A DNA stretch of 62,480 nt, counting the filler. It is 3 parts of 3 records of this genome, joined end to end, with 100 filler letters (N's around TTAATTAATTAA, not from the genome) between each part and the next. Parts side by side here need not be neighbours in the genome. Positions count along the whole stretch, not along the records: positions 1 to 22,232 come from SRR22947725_829; 2 more parts are not named here. The stretch is one strand, 5' to 3'. Under the pieces are notes generated by a model. That model did no database searches. It worked only from the letters and a program-made list of their open reading frames with translations, and was not told the DNA's origin. Position 1 is the stretch's first letter, and every line of letters begins with the position of its first letter. The position numbers were made by a program, and so were the translations under genes. This document shows, one piece after another, positions 1 through 9,932 of this stretch.

Positions 1-37
1 TACAGTCTGCTGCCTTTAACCACTCGGCCATTTGCCC
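1..37 (-). tRNA. tRNA-Tyr(GUA), 5' half, truncated by window edge
   Basis: Reverse complement GGGCAAATGGCCGAGTGGTTAAAGGCAGCAGACTGTA has a D-loop GAGTGGTTAAA and anticodon arm GCAGA-CT-GTA. It follows tRNA-Thr as in the common Thr-Tyr-Gly-Thr cluster. Confidence 0.9.
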
Positions 38-112
38 GAAATCCTAATACTCAATACTACCTGATAGTAGGACAAAAATTTTCAAATATCTTACTCTTAC
101 CCAAAAAAACTG

Positions 113-185
113 AGCCGGCGAGAGGACTTGAACCCCCGACCTAGTGATTACAAATCACTTGCTCTACCAACTGAGCTACACCGGC
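113..185 (-). tRNA. tRNA-Thr(UGU)
   Basis: GCCGGTGTAGCTCAGTTGGTAGAGCAAGTGATTTGTAATCACTAGGTCGGGGGTTCAAGTCCTCTCGCCGGCT forms a full cloverleaf with anticodon TGT and T-loop GTTCAAG. CCA is not encoded (followed by CA). Confidence 0.96.
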
Positions 186-235
186 AATGTACTTCTGTAT
201 ATACCTATACACGCACGCGTAGGTAAAAGCCACGA

Positions 236-264
236 AATATAAGAAGAATTAGGAGGAAAACAAA
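236..264 (-). promoter_or_regulatory. putative promoter of the tRNA cluster
   Basis: TTGTTT-N16-TATATT on the minus strand, also readable as TTTG-N19-TATATTTC, immediately after the cysS stop. Confidence 0.45.
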
Positions 265-1644
265 TTATTTCTTTTGAATGAGTTTCTGACCATCTTTTGT
301 ATCCTCAATGAGCCAGCCAAGATTATCAATCATTTGCCTTAATTTATCTGCTTCATTCCATTCAAATTTACTTCTCATTTCTTCTCTTAAGGAAGCTAGA
401 TTTTGAATATCTTTAGGAATAAACATCTTATCTGAAGAAGATGTATTGATAACACAGAAAATGGAATTAAATAAATTGATAAATATTTTTGATTGAATCC
501 TTAAATCGTCTGTCATTGAATCATTATTGATATTTTTATTTACTGTATTAATAAAGTCAAAAAATACACCCAGAGCTTCTGGAGTATTTAAATCATCATT
601 TAATGCATCGAGAAAATCTAAGTGAAATCTACTATAATCTACACCATTTATATCAATTGTAGCTAAATCAACATTATTTACAAACCTATTAATTTTATCT
701 ATCATTTTTGACGAATCATCTAGTTTTTTTTCTGAAAATGATACTTTTGATCTATAATGGGATGAAAGCAAAAATAATCTTAACGTTTCAGCGCTATATT
801 TTGTAAGCAAATCAGAAATACTCAATGTATTCCCTAAAGATTTACTCATTTTCTCGCTGTCAAAAATTAAATGCTCCGAGTGAAGCCAGTAGTTTGCAAA
901 CTTATTTCCTAGCAATGCTTCTACTTGTGCAGATTCATTTTCATGATGAGGAAATTTTAGATCTATTCCACCGCAATGAATATCAATTGAATCACCTAAT
1001 AATTGTGTTCCTAAAACAGCACACTCAGTGTGCCATGCCGGCCTCCCATTACCCCAATCTGATTCCCATGTAATTTCTCCATCTGAATCTTTCCATGCTT
1101 TCCATAGTGCAAAATCATTAGGATGTTTTTTACCAAGCTCATTGTCTTCTCTAGATAAATTATCGTCATCAATATTTACAAACTTTCCGTATTTACTATA
1201 CTCTTTTGTATCAAAAAAAATATTTCCATCTATATTATAGGCAACACCTTTAGCCATAAGGGCCTTAATAAAATCAATCATCTCTGATATATGCTCGGAA
1301 GCTCTAGGATTAAAAGTCGATGGCAAAATATTAATAGTATTTGACTGATCTAAGAATATACGTTCATATTTTTGTGTGAGTTCTTTAAATCCAACACCTT
1401 CATTGTTTACCCTGTCAATAATTTTGTCGTCTATATCGGTAATATTAATAACATTTTTGACAACGTATCCATTCTGTAAAAGCACCCTATTAAGTAAATC
1501 ATAGAAAACAAATGTTCTGAAATTTCCTATATGAGGAGAATTATATACTGTTGGACCGCAACCGTATACTAAAACTTCTTTATCTGATAGAGATTTGAAC
1601 TCTTCTTTTTTAGAAGTAACTGAATTATAAAATTGTAATTTCAT
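265..1644 (-). CDS. cysS: cysteine--tRNA ligase
   Basis: CGPTVY, HIGN, DFALWK, GGIDLKFPHHENE and KMSKS motifs. Confidence 0.97.
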   Translation of the reverse strand: MKLQFYNSVTSKKEEFKSLSDKEVLVYGCGPTVYNSPHIGNFRTFVFYDLLNRVLLQNGYVVKNVINITDIDDKIIDRVNNEGVGFKELTQKYERIFLDQSNTINILPSTFNPRASEHISEMIDFIKALMAKGVAYNIDGNIFFDTKEYSKYGKFVNIDDDNLSREDNELGKKHPNDFALWKAWKDSDGEITWESDWGNGRPAWHTECAVLGTQLLGDSIDIHCGGIDLKFPHHENESAQVEALLGNKFANYWLHSEHLIFDSEKMSKSLGNTLSISDLLTKYSAETLRLFLLSSHYRSKVSFSEKKLDDSSKMIDKINRFVNNVDLATIDINGVDYSRFHLDFLDALNDDLNTPEALGVFFDFINTVNKNINNDSMTDDLRIQSKIFINLFNSIFCVINTSSSDKMFIPKDIQNLASLREEMRSKFEWNEADKLRQMIDNLGWLIEDTKDGQKLIQKK

Positions 1645-2540
1645 TTTTCTAGCGACAATTTAATAATTTTATCAATTAAATCTTCAAAAGATAATCCTAT
1701 TGCTTTTGCTGCCATCGGAAATAAGCTCGTTTCTGTCATTCCTGGTAAAGTATTTATTTCTAGCAACCAGCATTCGTTGTTTTTATCTAATCTAAAATCT
1801 ACTCTTGAATATACTTTGCAATTCAAAAGCTTATGTGTTTTTAAAGCAATATCCTTAATCTCATCTGACTTTGATTCAGATATATCTGCAGGACATATAT
1901 AATTAGACGCTCCTTTAGTATATTTTGCCATATAGTCATATATACCATGATTGGGTTTAATCTCTATTATAGGAAGTGCATCATTTCCTAGAATTGAAAC
2001 TGTAATTTCACGCCCTTCAATATACTCCTCTATGATTGCATGAGTATCGTGTTCAAGAGCAAAATCTAATGCATGTGAAATTTTATTTTTATCATCTATA
2101 ATTGAAAAACCAACCGAACTACCCTGCTTGTTTGGCTTAATAACAGATTTTCTAAAATTATAATTATGGTTACTAAAATTTTTCTTATCAACAATAGTAA
2201 AATCTGGAGTTAAGATATTATTATCGTTAACAGTTTTTTTTGTAAAACTTTTGTCAAAACAATTTTTAGAAGAATTTGACATAGAGCCATTATATATAAT
2301 ATTATTTTTATCTAAAATGGATTGTATTGAACCATCTTCTCCAAAAACTCCATGCAATGCTAAAAATACAAAATCTACATTCGCGAGATCAGCAAGAATA
2401 CTATCAATACTATTTGTCGATAAATGAAATTCGGAAATTTTATGTTCGAGTTTTTTACAAGCTTTAATAATTGCTTTACCAGAATTTATAGATACTTCAG
2501 CTTCGGAAGAATCTCCCCCATAAATAATACCTATATTGAT
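1641..2540 (-). CDS. ddl: D-alanine--D-alanine ligase (about 299 aa, apparent ATC start; ORF track truncates it at 2357)
   Basis: The frame stays open upstream of 2357 and reads INIGIIYGGDSSEAEVSINSG...FLALHGVFGEDG. GSSVG, EEYIEGREI and LEINTLPGMT motifs are present. Confidence 0.93.
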   Translation of the reverse strand: MNIGIIYGGDSSEAEVSINSGKAIIKACKKLEHKISEFHLSTNSIDSILADLANVDFVFLALHGVFGEDGSIQSILDKNNIIYNGSMSNSSKNCFDKSFTKKTVNDNNILTPDFTIVDKKNFSNHNYNFRKSVIKPNKQGSSVGFSIIDDKNKISHALDFALEHDTHAIIEEYIEGREITVSILGNDALPIIEIKPNHGIYDYMAKYTKGASNYICPADISESKSDEIKDIALKTHKLLNCKVYSRVDFRLDKNNECWLLEINTLPGMTETSLFPMAAKAIGLSFEDLIDKIIKLSLEK

Positions 2541-3082
2541 AATAGTTCCTTTGCTGCCTCTAATAGATTATTAGATATTAGATCAGCTTGACATGTTGAT
2601 TTTACTTCATCAAGATAGTCTTTTCCCATTCCGGTCAATAAAAATATTGTTTTCATATCAAGTCTATCCCCGACTTGCATATCTACAATAGAATCTCCAA
2701 TCATTAAACTTTTTGATAGATTAATATTAAAATCTTCTTTTGCTTTTACAAACATTCCTATACCTGGTTTTCTCATGGAGTCATAACCTTCATCGTAATT
2801 CTCAGAAAAATATATCTTTTTTAAAGGTAGATTTCTTTTTTCAAATTCTTTGTAAATAAAGCTATTTATTTCTTCTAAATTTTCAATATCAATTTTACCT
2901 GAAGCTAAGCCTGATTGATTAGTTACAATTATAAACTTGTCAGTATATTTGCTAAATACTTCTAATGCTTCAAATGCATAATCAAAAAAATGATAATCAG
3001 AAAGACTATTTATATAACCGTAAGGATCGTGACTGATTGTTCCATCTCTATCTAAAAATATTGCATCAAATTGCTTACTCAT
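2531..3082 (-). CDS. gmhB: D-glycero-D-manno-heptose 1,7-bisphosphate phosphatase (HAD IIIA)
   Basis: FLDRDGT, VTNQSG, RKPG and MIGDS motifs. Confidence 0.8.
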   Translation of the reverse strand: MSKQFDAIFLDRDGTISHDPYGYINSLSDYHFFDYAFEALEVFSKYTDKFIIVTNQSGLASGKIDIENLEEINSFIYKEFEKRNLPLKKIYFSENYDEGYDSMRKPGIGMFVKAKEDFNINLSKSLMIGDSIVDMQVGDRLDMKTIFLLTGMGKDYLDEVKSTCQADLISNNLLEAAKELLSI

Positions 3083-3635
3083 TTTCTCTCCAATCTAACA
3101 CCTTCCAAGAATCAAAGTTTTTTCCGTCAATATATGAATAAAATGTTGAAATACTATCTATGCGAGCTTTAAACAAAGTCATATCATTATCTTGTACCTT
3201 AATTGATATAATTTCTTTTGAACTCATATCAAATTCAATGGATGTGAGAAGTGATTTAAATTTATAGTCAACAATACCTATCCTATATTCTATATTTTTT
3301 TTCACTATACTGTATTTTGATAAATTATTTCTATTAAAAAAATCTAGAAAAGTATTATCGACTGTTTCCTTAATCATTATTTCGTCATTAAAGTCATACG
3401 TTGTGATACTTACACTATCTATAATAGCAATTGTTCCATCTTCACTTAATGTATCAAAGTAGATTTTTTGGTTTAATATTGATAGAGTTGCATCGCTATC
3501 AACATTATCTTTTTGGATAGTCAGTCTCAAAGTTTTGTCATCAAGACTTTCAATGAAAGAAGCTATATCATCTTCAATTAAATTCTGAGTAAATGATATG
3601 CTAAATAATAAAATTAAACTATATAGCTTGATCAT
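3075..3635 (-). CDS. exported protein, probable diverged LolA-like lipoprotein carrier
   Basis: Signal peptide, about 186 aa, directly downstream of ftsK (usual lolA position). IIDSVSITTYD resembles the LolA DGktlwtYd segment. Confidence 0.45.
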   Translation of the reverse strand: MIKLYSLILLFSISFTQNLIEDDIASFIESLDDKTLRLTIQKDNVDSDATLSILNQKIYFDTLSEDGTIAIIDSVSITTYDFNDEIMIKETVDNTFLDFFNRNNLSKYSIVKKNIEYRIGIVDYKFKSLLTSIEFDMSSKEIISIKVQDNDMTLFKARIDSISTFYSYIDGKNFDSWKVLDWRENE

Positions 3636-5910
3636 CTTTGATTGTCTCTAGATAAGATTCATCAACAAGAACTTCACGTGCTTTACTACCAGTAAAAGAT
3701 CCTACAATTTTTAACCTTTCCATTTCATCTATAAGTCTAGCAGCTCTTGAATATCCTATAGATAATCTTCTTTGTAAAAGTGAAATAGATCCTTGCTTGC
3801 TCATAACTACAATCTCAATTGCCTGCTCAAGCAGCTCATCTTCAATTCCATTTTCATTTCCACCTAAAGTACTGGTATTATCTCTCACAGTTTCAAGTAT
3901 AACTTCAGTCGGTTTTGGTTGCTTTGATATATACTCTACTAAATCTTCAATTTCTTTCAATGTAACAAAAGCCCCATGCATTCTAACAGGAGATGATGAG
4001 CCTGGCTTAACATATAACATATCTCCTTTTCCAATTAATTTATCAGCTCCGTTAACATCTAGAATTGTTCGAGAGTCAATCTTTGTAGCAACTTGGAATG
4101 CTATTCTAGCAGGAAAGTTTGCCTTTATAACTCCAGTGATTACATCAACAGAAGGTCTTTGAGTTGCAATAACTAAATGAATACCAACAGCTCTCGCTAA
4201 TTGAGCTAACCTAGCTATAGGTGCTTCAACATCTCTCGGACTGTACATCATTAAATCAGCTAATTCATCAACCATCAATACAATGTATGGCATTAAATCT
4301 TTTTTAGATTTTTTCATCATGCCGTTATACTCAGAAATATTTCTTTTTCCTGCCTCAGCAAGTAAGTCGTATCTAGCATCCATTTCTTTTTCTAGTGATC
4401 TTAATGCTAGGATTGCATTATCCTTTTTAGTGATAATTGACTCATCTATTCCATCAAATTTTAGTAAGTAATGGTCTTCAAGACCTTTATATAAAGACAT
4501 CTCTACTTTCTTTGGATCAATAATAACAAATTTGACTTCATCTGGTTTTAGCTGGTATAAAAGACTAACAATAATAGTATTTAATGATACAGACTTTCCA
4601 GAACCTGTTGTTCCAGCAATTAAAAGATGGGGCATTTCTACTAAATCAAGTATAGCAATATCTCCAAGTATACCTTTCCCAATAGCTAGTTTTAGTTTTG
4701 CTTTAGATTTCAAATATTTTTCAGAATTAATCACTGATTTTAAATAAATAGTCTGAGGGTTATCATTCGGAATTTCAACGCCAACAAGGGATGTTCCAGG
4801 TATAGGTGCTAGAACTCTTACTCTGTCTGCCTCCATAACTCTTGCAATATCATCTGAAAGTTGAACAAATTTATTTACCCTTACCCCTTCAGCTGGCTCA
4901 ATCTCAAATAATGTAATAATTGGACCAGTTTTAATTGATCCAGTTTGACCTTGAACTCCAAATGTTGATATAGAGTTCCGAAGAAACTCTGCTCTATCTT
5001 TTAAATAATCAGTACTCAATTCTTCCGAATCGTCGGATATGAATTCTAATAAATCTGTAGATGGAAACTTCCAATCTTTTCTGATAATAGAGCTCGATCT
5101 TTTTTCATCAATATCTACTTCTTTTTCAATGACCCCTTTTTCAATAGATAGCTCAGATTCAGTTTCTATATTACTTTCAGGAGTATGAATTTCCTTATCA
5201 ACTAATACTTCTTTTTCAATTATTTCTTCTGATTTATTGATTACAATATTATCTTTAACTTCTTCTTTAATCACCTCTTCCAAAAAAGACTCATCGTCAA
5301 TAATCTTCTTAACTTCTTTTTCCAAATGCTTATCTTTATTTTTAAAATAAGCTTGAAAATTAATTTTGCTTAATGAGGAAATTTTAGTTTGAATAAAGGA
5401 TGCAGCAAGTTGGGATATTTTATAAAGGTCTAAATTAAAAAAACCAACAAAAAGCAAAATCCATAATACACCTATCAAGCTCGTAGTACCAATTAATCCA
5501 ATCCAATCATGTGATAAGCTGAGTGCTAATCCACCCAATAATCCCGAATATTCATAACTAATTTGAGAAGGGAATGAACTATAGTTCTGAACTAAGCCTA
5601 GAGTAATAGAAGAATGAAAGAGAAGTGCTAATTGATAACTAATTAGCCTTGAAATCAAAAAGCTAAAATTTGAAATCAAATAAAAAGCTGTAGTAAGTCC
5701 AATAAGCGGTATTATATAAGCAGCATATCCAAAACCTAGTTTGACAAAGTAATACCCTACATAAACTCCGACTATATTGAAAGGGTTATTAATTGAACTT
5801 GAAACTAGAGAAGGCTCTTCAGATGGATCATAGCCAATCATTGACCCTAAAATCAAAAGAGAGCAAAAACCCAATAACCATCCTATAATTTGTATTCTTT
5901 TTTTATCCAT
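3619..5910 (-). CDS. ftsK: DNA translocase FtsK/SpoIIIE
   Basis: N-terminal TM region, MPHLLIAGTTGSGKS, IDPK, ATQRPSVDVITG and gamma domain SISLLQRRLSIGYSRAARLID. Confidence 0.97.
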   Translation of the reverse strand: MDKKRIQIIGWLLGFCSLLILGSMIGYDPSEEPSLVSSSINNPFNIVGVYVGYYFVKLGFGYAAYIIPLIGLTTAFYLISNFSFLISRLISYQLALLFHSSITLGLVQNYSSFPSQISYEYSGLLGGLALSLSHDWIGLIGTTSLIGVLWILLFVGFFNLDLYKISQLAASFIQTKISSLSKINFQAYFKNKDKHLEKEVKKIIDDESFLEEVIKEEVKDNIVINKSEEIIEKEVLVDKEIHTPESNIETESELSIEKGVIEKEVDIDEKRSSSIIRKDWKFPSTDLLEFISDDSEELSTDYLKDRAEFLRNSISTFGVQGQTGSIKTGPIITLFEIEPAEGVRVNKFVQLSDDIARVMEADRVRVLAPIPGTSLVGVEIPNDNPQTIYLKSVINSEKYLKSKAKLKLAIGKGILGDIAILDLVEMPHLLIAGTTGSGKSVSLNTIIVSLLYQLKPDEVKFVIIDPKKVEMSLYKGLEDHYLLKFDGIDESIITKKDNAILALRSLEKEMDARYDLLAEAGKRNISEYNGMMKKSKKDLMPYIVLMVDELADLMMYSPRDVEAPIARLAQLARAVGIHLVIATQRPSVDVITGVIKANFPARIAFQVATKIDSRTILDVNGADKLIGKGDMLYVKPGSSSPVRMHGAFVTLKEIEDLVEYISKQPKPTEVILETVRDNTSTLGGNENGIEDELLEQAIEIVVMSKQGSISLLQRRLSIGYSRAARLIDEMERLKIVGSFTGSKAREVLVDESYLETIKDDQAI

Positions 5911-6986
5911 TATTTTAAATATGTTCCATATTTATAGAATGGAAGCTTCGCCTTCTCCATAGTAAAAGTATTGTTACGAATTTTCACATTAAAAGAATTT
6001 AGATCATTTGCATAAGGCAAGTCAATATAGGCCAGAGCTATACCATAACCCAAGCTTGGAGACATTGTACCGCTCGTAATAAATCCAATTTCTTTATCTT
6101 TATCATCAAATATTTTATAATCAGCTCTAGGAATTGCCCTATCTTTCAAAACTAGAGGAAGTAATTTTTTTTCTTTTTTTATATTTGATAGAGATTCAGA
6201 TCCAATAAAGTTCGTATCTAATTTTGTAATCCAAGACAATCCTGCCTCTAGCGGATTTATTGATTCATCTAGCTCATGACCGTACAAACAGTATCCCATT
6301 TCTAGTCTTAGAGAATCTCTACAACCTAAACCTACAGGCCTAATGTAGTCAGATGTACTTAATAATTTATTCCATAGATCAATAATTTTATCATTTGATA
6401 TATATATTTCAAAACCTAATTCTCCTGAATATCCTGTTCTAGCAACAATAGTTCCATCAGAATCTGGCATTAAAGTTTCATAATATTTTAAAGACTCAAT
6501 ATGGGGGAAAAAATCTTTTAGTACATCTCTGGCCATAGGACCTTGCAATGCTAAAAGACCCATTTCATTTGATACGTCCTTTAATACCACATTATCTAAC
6601 AGTCTTTTTTTAAGCCAATTAAAGTTTTTTTGAATATTTGATGCGTTAACAACCAACATGTAATGATCTGATAGGTCGTATATCAACAAATCATCAAGCA
6701 TTCCACCACTTTCATTACAAAATGCACTATACTGGGCCTTTCCAGGCTTTAAAGCCTCAATATCATTAATAGTTACATGTTGTAAAAACTTTTTAGCATT
6801 TTGGCCACTTACAATAAATTCTCCCATGTGACTTACATCAAATAATCCTACCTTAGATCTAACATGCTTATGCTCATCTATTATTCCGGTATATTGTAGT
6901 GGCATCAAAAATCCTGCAAAAGGAACTAATTTTGCACCAAGTTTATCATGATGATTATATAGTGTTGTTTTTAGAGAGTCGCTCAT
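5910..6986 (-). CDS. gcvT: glycine cleavage system aminomethyltransferase T
   Basis: GLFDVSHMG, ARTGYSGELGFE and RDSLRLEMG motifs. Confidence 0.96.
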   Translation of the reverse strand: MSDSLKTTLYNHHDKLGAKLVPFAGFLMPLQYTGIIDEHKHVRSKVGLFDVSHMGEFIVSGQNAKKFLQHVTINDIEALKPGKAQYSAFCNESGGMLDDLLIYDLSDHYMLVVNASNIQKNFNWLKKRLLDNVVLKDVSNEMGLLALQGPMARDVLKDFFPHIESLKYYETLMPDSDGTIVARTGYSGELGFEIYISNDKIIDLWNKLLSTSDYIRPVGLGCRDSLRLEMGYCLYGHELDESINPLEAGLSWITKLDTNFIGSESLSNIKKEKKLLPLVLKDRAIPRADYKIFDDKDKEIGFITSGTMSPSLGYGIALAYIDLPYANDLNSFNVKIRNNTFTMEKAKLPFYKYGTYLK

Positions 6987-7576
6987 CGTATAATATTTAA
7001 TATTCTTTTAATTACATGTTCAATATTGCCCTCAAAGCTATTTTCTTTAGTCAGCTGCTTGATTGCTTTATCAATTTGATTCTTTCTATATCCTAAAGAA
7101 TATAGCGCTGTATAAATATCATCATATGTAAAATTAATATTTGAAGTATCTAATCCATCTGTCGTTGCTCTATCTTTAGTTACTTTTTCTCTTATGTCAA
7201 GAATAATTCTTTTTGCAGTTTTAGGTCCAATACCCGGAATTAAACTCAATGACTTTACATCTTCAGCAATAATATTTTCTTTAAAATTTGCAACTGAAAT
7301 ATTTGATAGCAAATTGATAGCTGTTCTAGGTCCAATACCTGATACACCTATTAACTGAGTAAATAAACGCCTTCTTTCATATTCTAAGAATCCATATAAT
7401 TCCATTAAATCTTCTCTCACATTTAAATAAGTTAAGATTGTAATTTCTTGGTTTAAGTCTGGTAGCTCCTCATAATCTCTCAAACAAATAGATATATTAA
7501 AAACCATTCCATTCATATCAATAAAAAGGTTGGTAGGTTCTTTTCTCTGAATAATACCTGTAATTGAATCAATCAT
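6983..7576 (-). CDS. ruvA: Holliday junction branch migration protein RuvA
   Basis: VRED, LYGF, HhH motifs VSGIGPRTA and IPGIGPKTAKRI, and ALYSLGY. Confidence 0.95.
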   Translation of the reverse strand: MIDSITGIIQRKEPTNLFIDMNGMVFNISICLRDYEELPDLNQEITILTYLNVREDLMELYGFLEYERRRLFTQLIGVSGIGPRTAINLLSNISVANFKENIIAEDVKSLSLIPGIGPKTAKRIILDIREKVTKDRATTDGLDTSNINFTYDDIYTALYSLGYRKNQIDKAIKQLTKENSFEGNIEHVIKRILNIIR

Positions 7577-8049
7577 TTTAGCTTCCTATTCGCTCCACAC
7601 CAAGCTACTGCAATAGCATCTGAAACATCAGTGCTTTTCAAAGCTTCGTCTTTTAGTTTAAAAATCTTTTTTACCATAAAAGCAACTTGCTCTTTTGAGG
7701 CAGATCCATTTCCCACGATTGACTGCTTAACTTCTCTAGGAGAATAATCAACCATATCAATGTTGTATTTTTCTGCTGATAGCATTATTGATGCTTTTGC
7801 TTGTCCTAATTTTATAGCAGATTGCACATTTTTGCCATAAAAAACGTTTTCAACAACTACCAAATTAGGACTAAAAATTTCAATTAACTTACTTGTTTCT
7901 GAAAAAATAGTAAATAATCGAGCGGAGAGCGATTTACCTTTTTTTGGTTTGACTAAACCTGATTCAATTAAAGAAATCTGATTTAATTCTTTCTTTAATA
8001 CCGCATATCCTGTATTAGTTAATCCTGGATCAAATCCTAATACGATCAT
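7573..8049 (-). CDS. ruvC: crossover junction endodeoxyribonuclease RuvC
   Basis: GFDPG..TGY, VVENVF, GNGSASKEQV and DVSDAIAVA motifs. Confidence 0.96.
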   Translation of the reverse strand: MIVLGFDPGLTNTGYAVLKKELNQISLIESGLVKPKKGKSLSARLFTIFSETSKLIEIFSPNLVVVENVFYGKNVQSAIKLGQAKASIMLSAEKYNIDMVDYSPREVKQSIVGNGSASKEQVAFMVKKIFKLKDEALKSTDVSDAIAVAWCGANRKLK

Positions 8050-8777
8050 GATGATTGCACAATTTCATAGTTTGAGTAAACATTTTGTACATCCTCTAAG
8101 TCTTCTAGCATATCAATCAGTTTTTCAACTCCTTCTCCGTCTTTCTGGGAAACTTTAATAAAATCCTTTGGTACAAATGCAATAAATGATGAGTCAACTT
8201 CAACTGATTTTTTTTCAATGATTTCAATTTTTTGGTAAAGCATATTATGATCAAAAAATAACTTATAATACCCATCTTCAAGCTTAAAATCTTTTGCATC
8301 ATTCTCAATAGATATGTTAAATACCCTATCTTCATCTATTACAGATTCTTCAATAAGAATAATACCCATTCTGTCAAAATTCCATGCAACGCTACCTGAC
8401 TGACCAAGTGATCCACCAGCTTTAGATAGAACATGTCTTATCTCAGCTACTGTTCTATTTTTATTATCAGTAATAGTTTCTATATATATAGCTATACCAT
8501 TAGGACCATATCCCTCATAAGAAGCTTCTTCGTAAATAACATTATCAAGATTTCCTGTTCCTTTTTTAATAGCTTTATCAATATTCATACTTGGCATATT
8601 TATAGATTTTGCTTTTTTTACAGCTTGGCGCAATCTAGCATTTGAATCTAGATCTCCGCCAAAAAGTCTTGCGGAAATAGTTATTTCTCTACCAATAGAA
8701 GAAAAAAGCTTTCCTCTTTTTTGATCAAGTACTCCTTTTTTTCGCTTGATTGTTGACCACTTACTATGACCCGACAT
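8046..8777 (-). CDS. yebC: YebC/PmpR family protein
   Basis: MSGHSKWSTIKRKKG, YEGYGP, TDNKNRT and LEDLEDVQNVYSN motifs. Confidence 0.96.
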   Translation of the reverse strand: MSGHSKWSTIKRKKGVLDQKRGKLFSSIGREITISARLFGGDLDSNARLRQAVKKAKSINMPSMNIDKAIKKGTGNLDNVIYEEASYEGYGPNGIAIYIETITDNKNRTVAEIRHVLSKAGGSLGQSGSVAWNFDRMGIILIEESVIDEDRVFNISIENDAKDFKLEDGYYKLFFDHNMLYQKIEIIEKKSVEVDSSFIAFVPKDFIKVSQKDGEGVEKLIDMLEDLEDVQNVYSNYEIVQSS

Positions 8778-9190
8778 TAATAATCCAATTCAATTAAAGT
8801 TGGAACGACCCATGCAGATCTGTACCCAAGTTGAATTACTTTATTTCGATAAGCTTCAGCCTTTTTTCTACTATCAAAATTACCAACTCTGAGTTTGTAG
8901 TTTGGCAATTCAAACTTGATATATATTTTGTCTTTTATAACCACTTCAAGCTTTTCTTTGATATCTATTAGATCTTTTTCATCTTGAGATATGGCTACTT
9001 GTATTCTATAACCTTTAACTGAATTAATAAGATTAGTATCGATAGATACATCAGAATCACTACTGTCATCGAAAGAAGGTAAAACAACATTAGGTAGATT
9101 AGGTGGATTGTCTACGAAATCACTAGGGAGAATAAAATCGCTTTGCGCATAAGCAGAGCTAGTAATCAATAAAATAGTTAATAGTCTCAT
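8777..9190 (-). CDS. SPOR domain-containing exported protein
   Basis: Signal peptide, GYRIQV...YKLRVGNFDSRKKAE...GYRSAWVV. Confidence 0.85.
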   Translation of the reverse strand: MRLLTILLITSSAYAQSDFILPSDFVDNPPNLPNVVLPSFDDSSDSDVSIDTNLINSVKGYRIQVAISQDEKDLIDIKEKLEVVIKDKIYIKFELPNYKLRVGNFDSRKKAEAYRNKVIQLGYRSAWVVPTLIELDY

Positions 9191-9191
9191 A

Positions 9192-9932
9192 TTACTCTAA
9201 AGTTCTTATATCTTCGAGTCTTATCCAACCTTTTCTTCCATCCATAGAAGATATTTCTAGCCATCTATCAGTTGTTTGCTCTATTTTTACTTTATTACCT
9301 GAAAAAAATAAAGAAATCTTAATATCATCATTTAAAAATGGAGCTGAATATAGCTGAGTTTCATCATTTAGAATAATTCCAAAACTATTATTTTCTTCCC
9401 ATAAGAATTTAATTACCGAAAATGATGTACCTAAAAAAAACAGAAACATAAAACAATAGTACAATCCGACTAAATAAGTGGACAAAGTCATTCTATATAA
9501 AGTGAACGATATAGAATAAAATAAAAACATTAATGAGCTAAAAAAAATAAAATCACCGTATGTAAAGCTTGCTAAGAAATTATTAATCATATTTAATATT
9601 TGTGAATCTGGAACTTCTAAAGTATTTGGTATTTTTTGCTTTGTCAAAACAAGATTATGAAAAATATCTTTATTTCTAGGATCTTTTATAATCCCCATCT
9701 CATATGACCATCTTGCGTTTGCAAAGTCATCTAATCTATAGTAAGCATTACCTAGATTATAGTATAAATCCACACTATAGAATCCTCTATTAAGAATACT
9801 TTCATAGGCTTCAACTGCATCATCAAATTGATTATTATTGTAGTACTCATTTCCATCATTAAATAGTAGATCTGAGCTCTGTGAATAAGCCATTCCTATT
9901 GTAAATAAAAGTATATTAAAAATCTTAAACAT
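9192..9932 (-). CDS. batE: BatE-like TPR + SH3 protein
   Basis: TPR (YYNLGNAYYR), two TM helices, SH3b end (GRKGWI). Last gene of the bat run. Confidence 0.85.
   Translation of the reverse strand: MFKIFNILLFTIGMAYSQSSDLLFNDGNEYYNNNQFDDAVEAYESILNRGFYSVDLYYNLGNAYYRLDDFANARWSYEMGIIKDPRNKDIFHNLVLTKQKIPNTLEVPDSQILNMINNFLASFTYGDFIFFSSLMFLFYSISFTLYRMTLSTYLVGLYYCFMFLFFLGTSFSVIKFLWEENNSFGIILNDETQLYSAPFLNDDIKISLFFSGNKVKIEQTTDRWLEISSMDGRKGWIRLEDIRTLE

Noticed and set aside
1641-2540. ddl as a truncated pseudogene
   Set aside because: The frame is open and conserved through the full N-terminal domain. Only the start codon is atypical.
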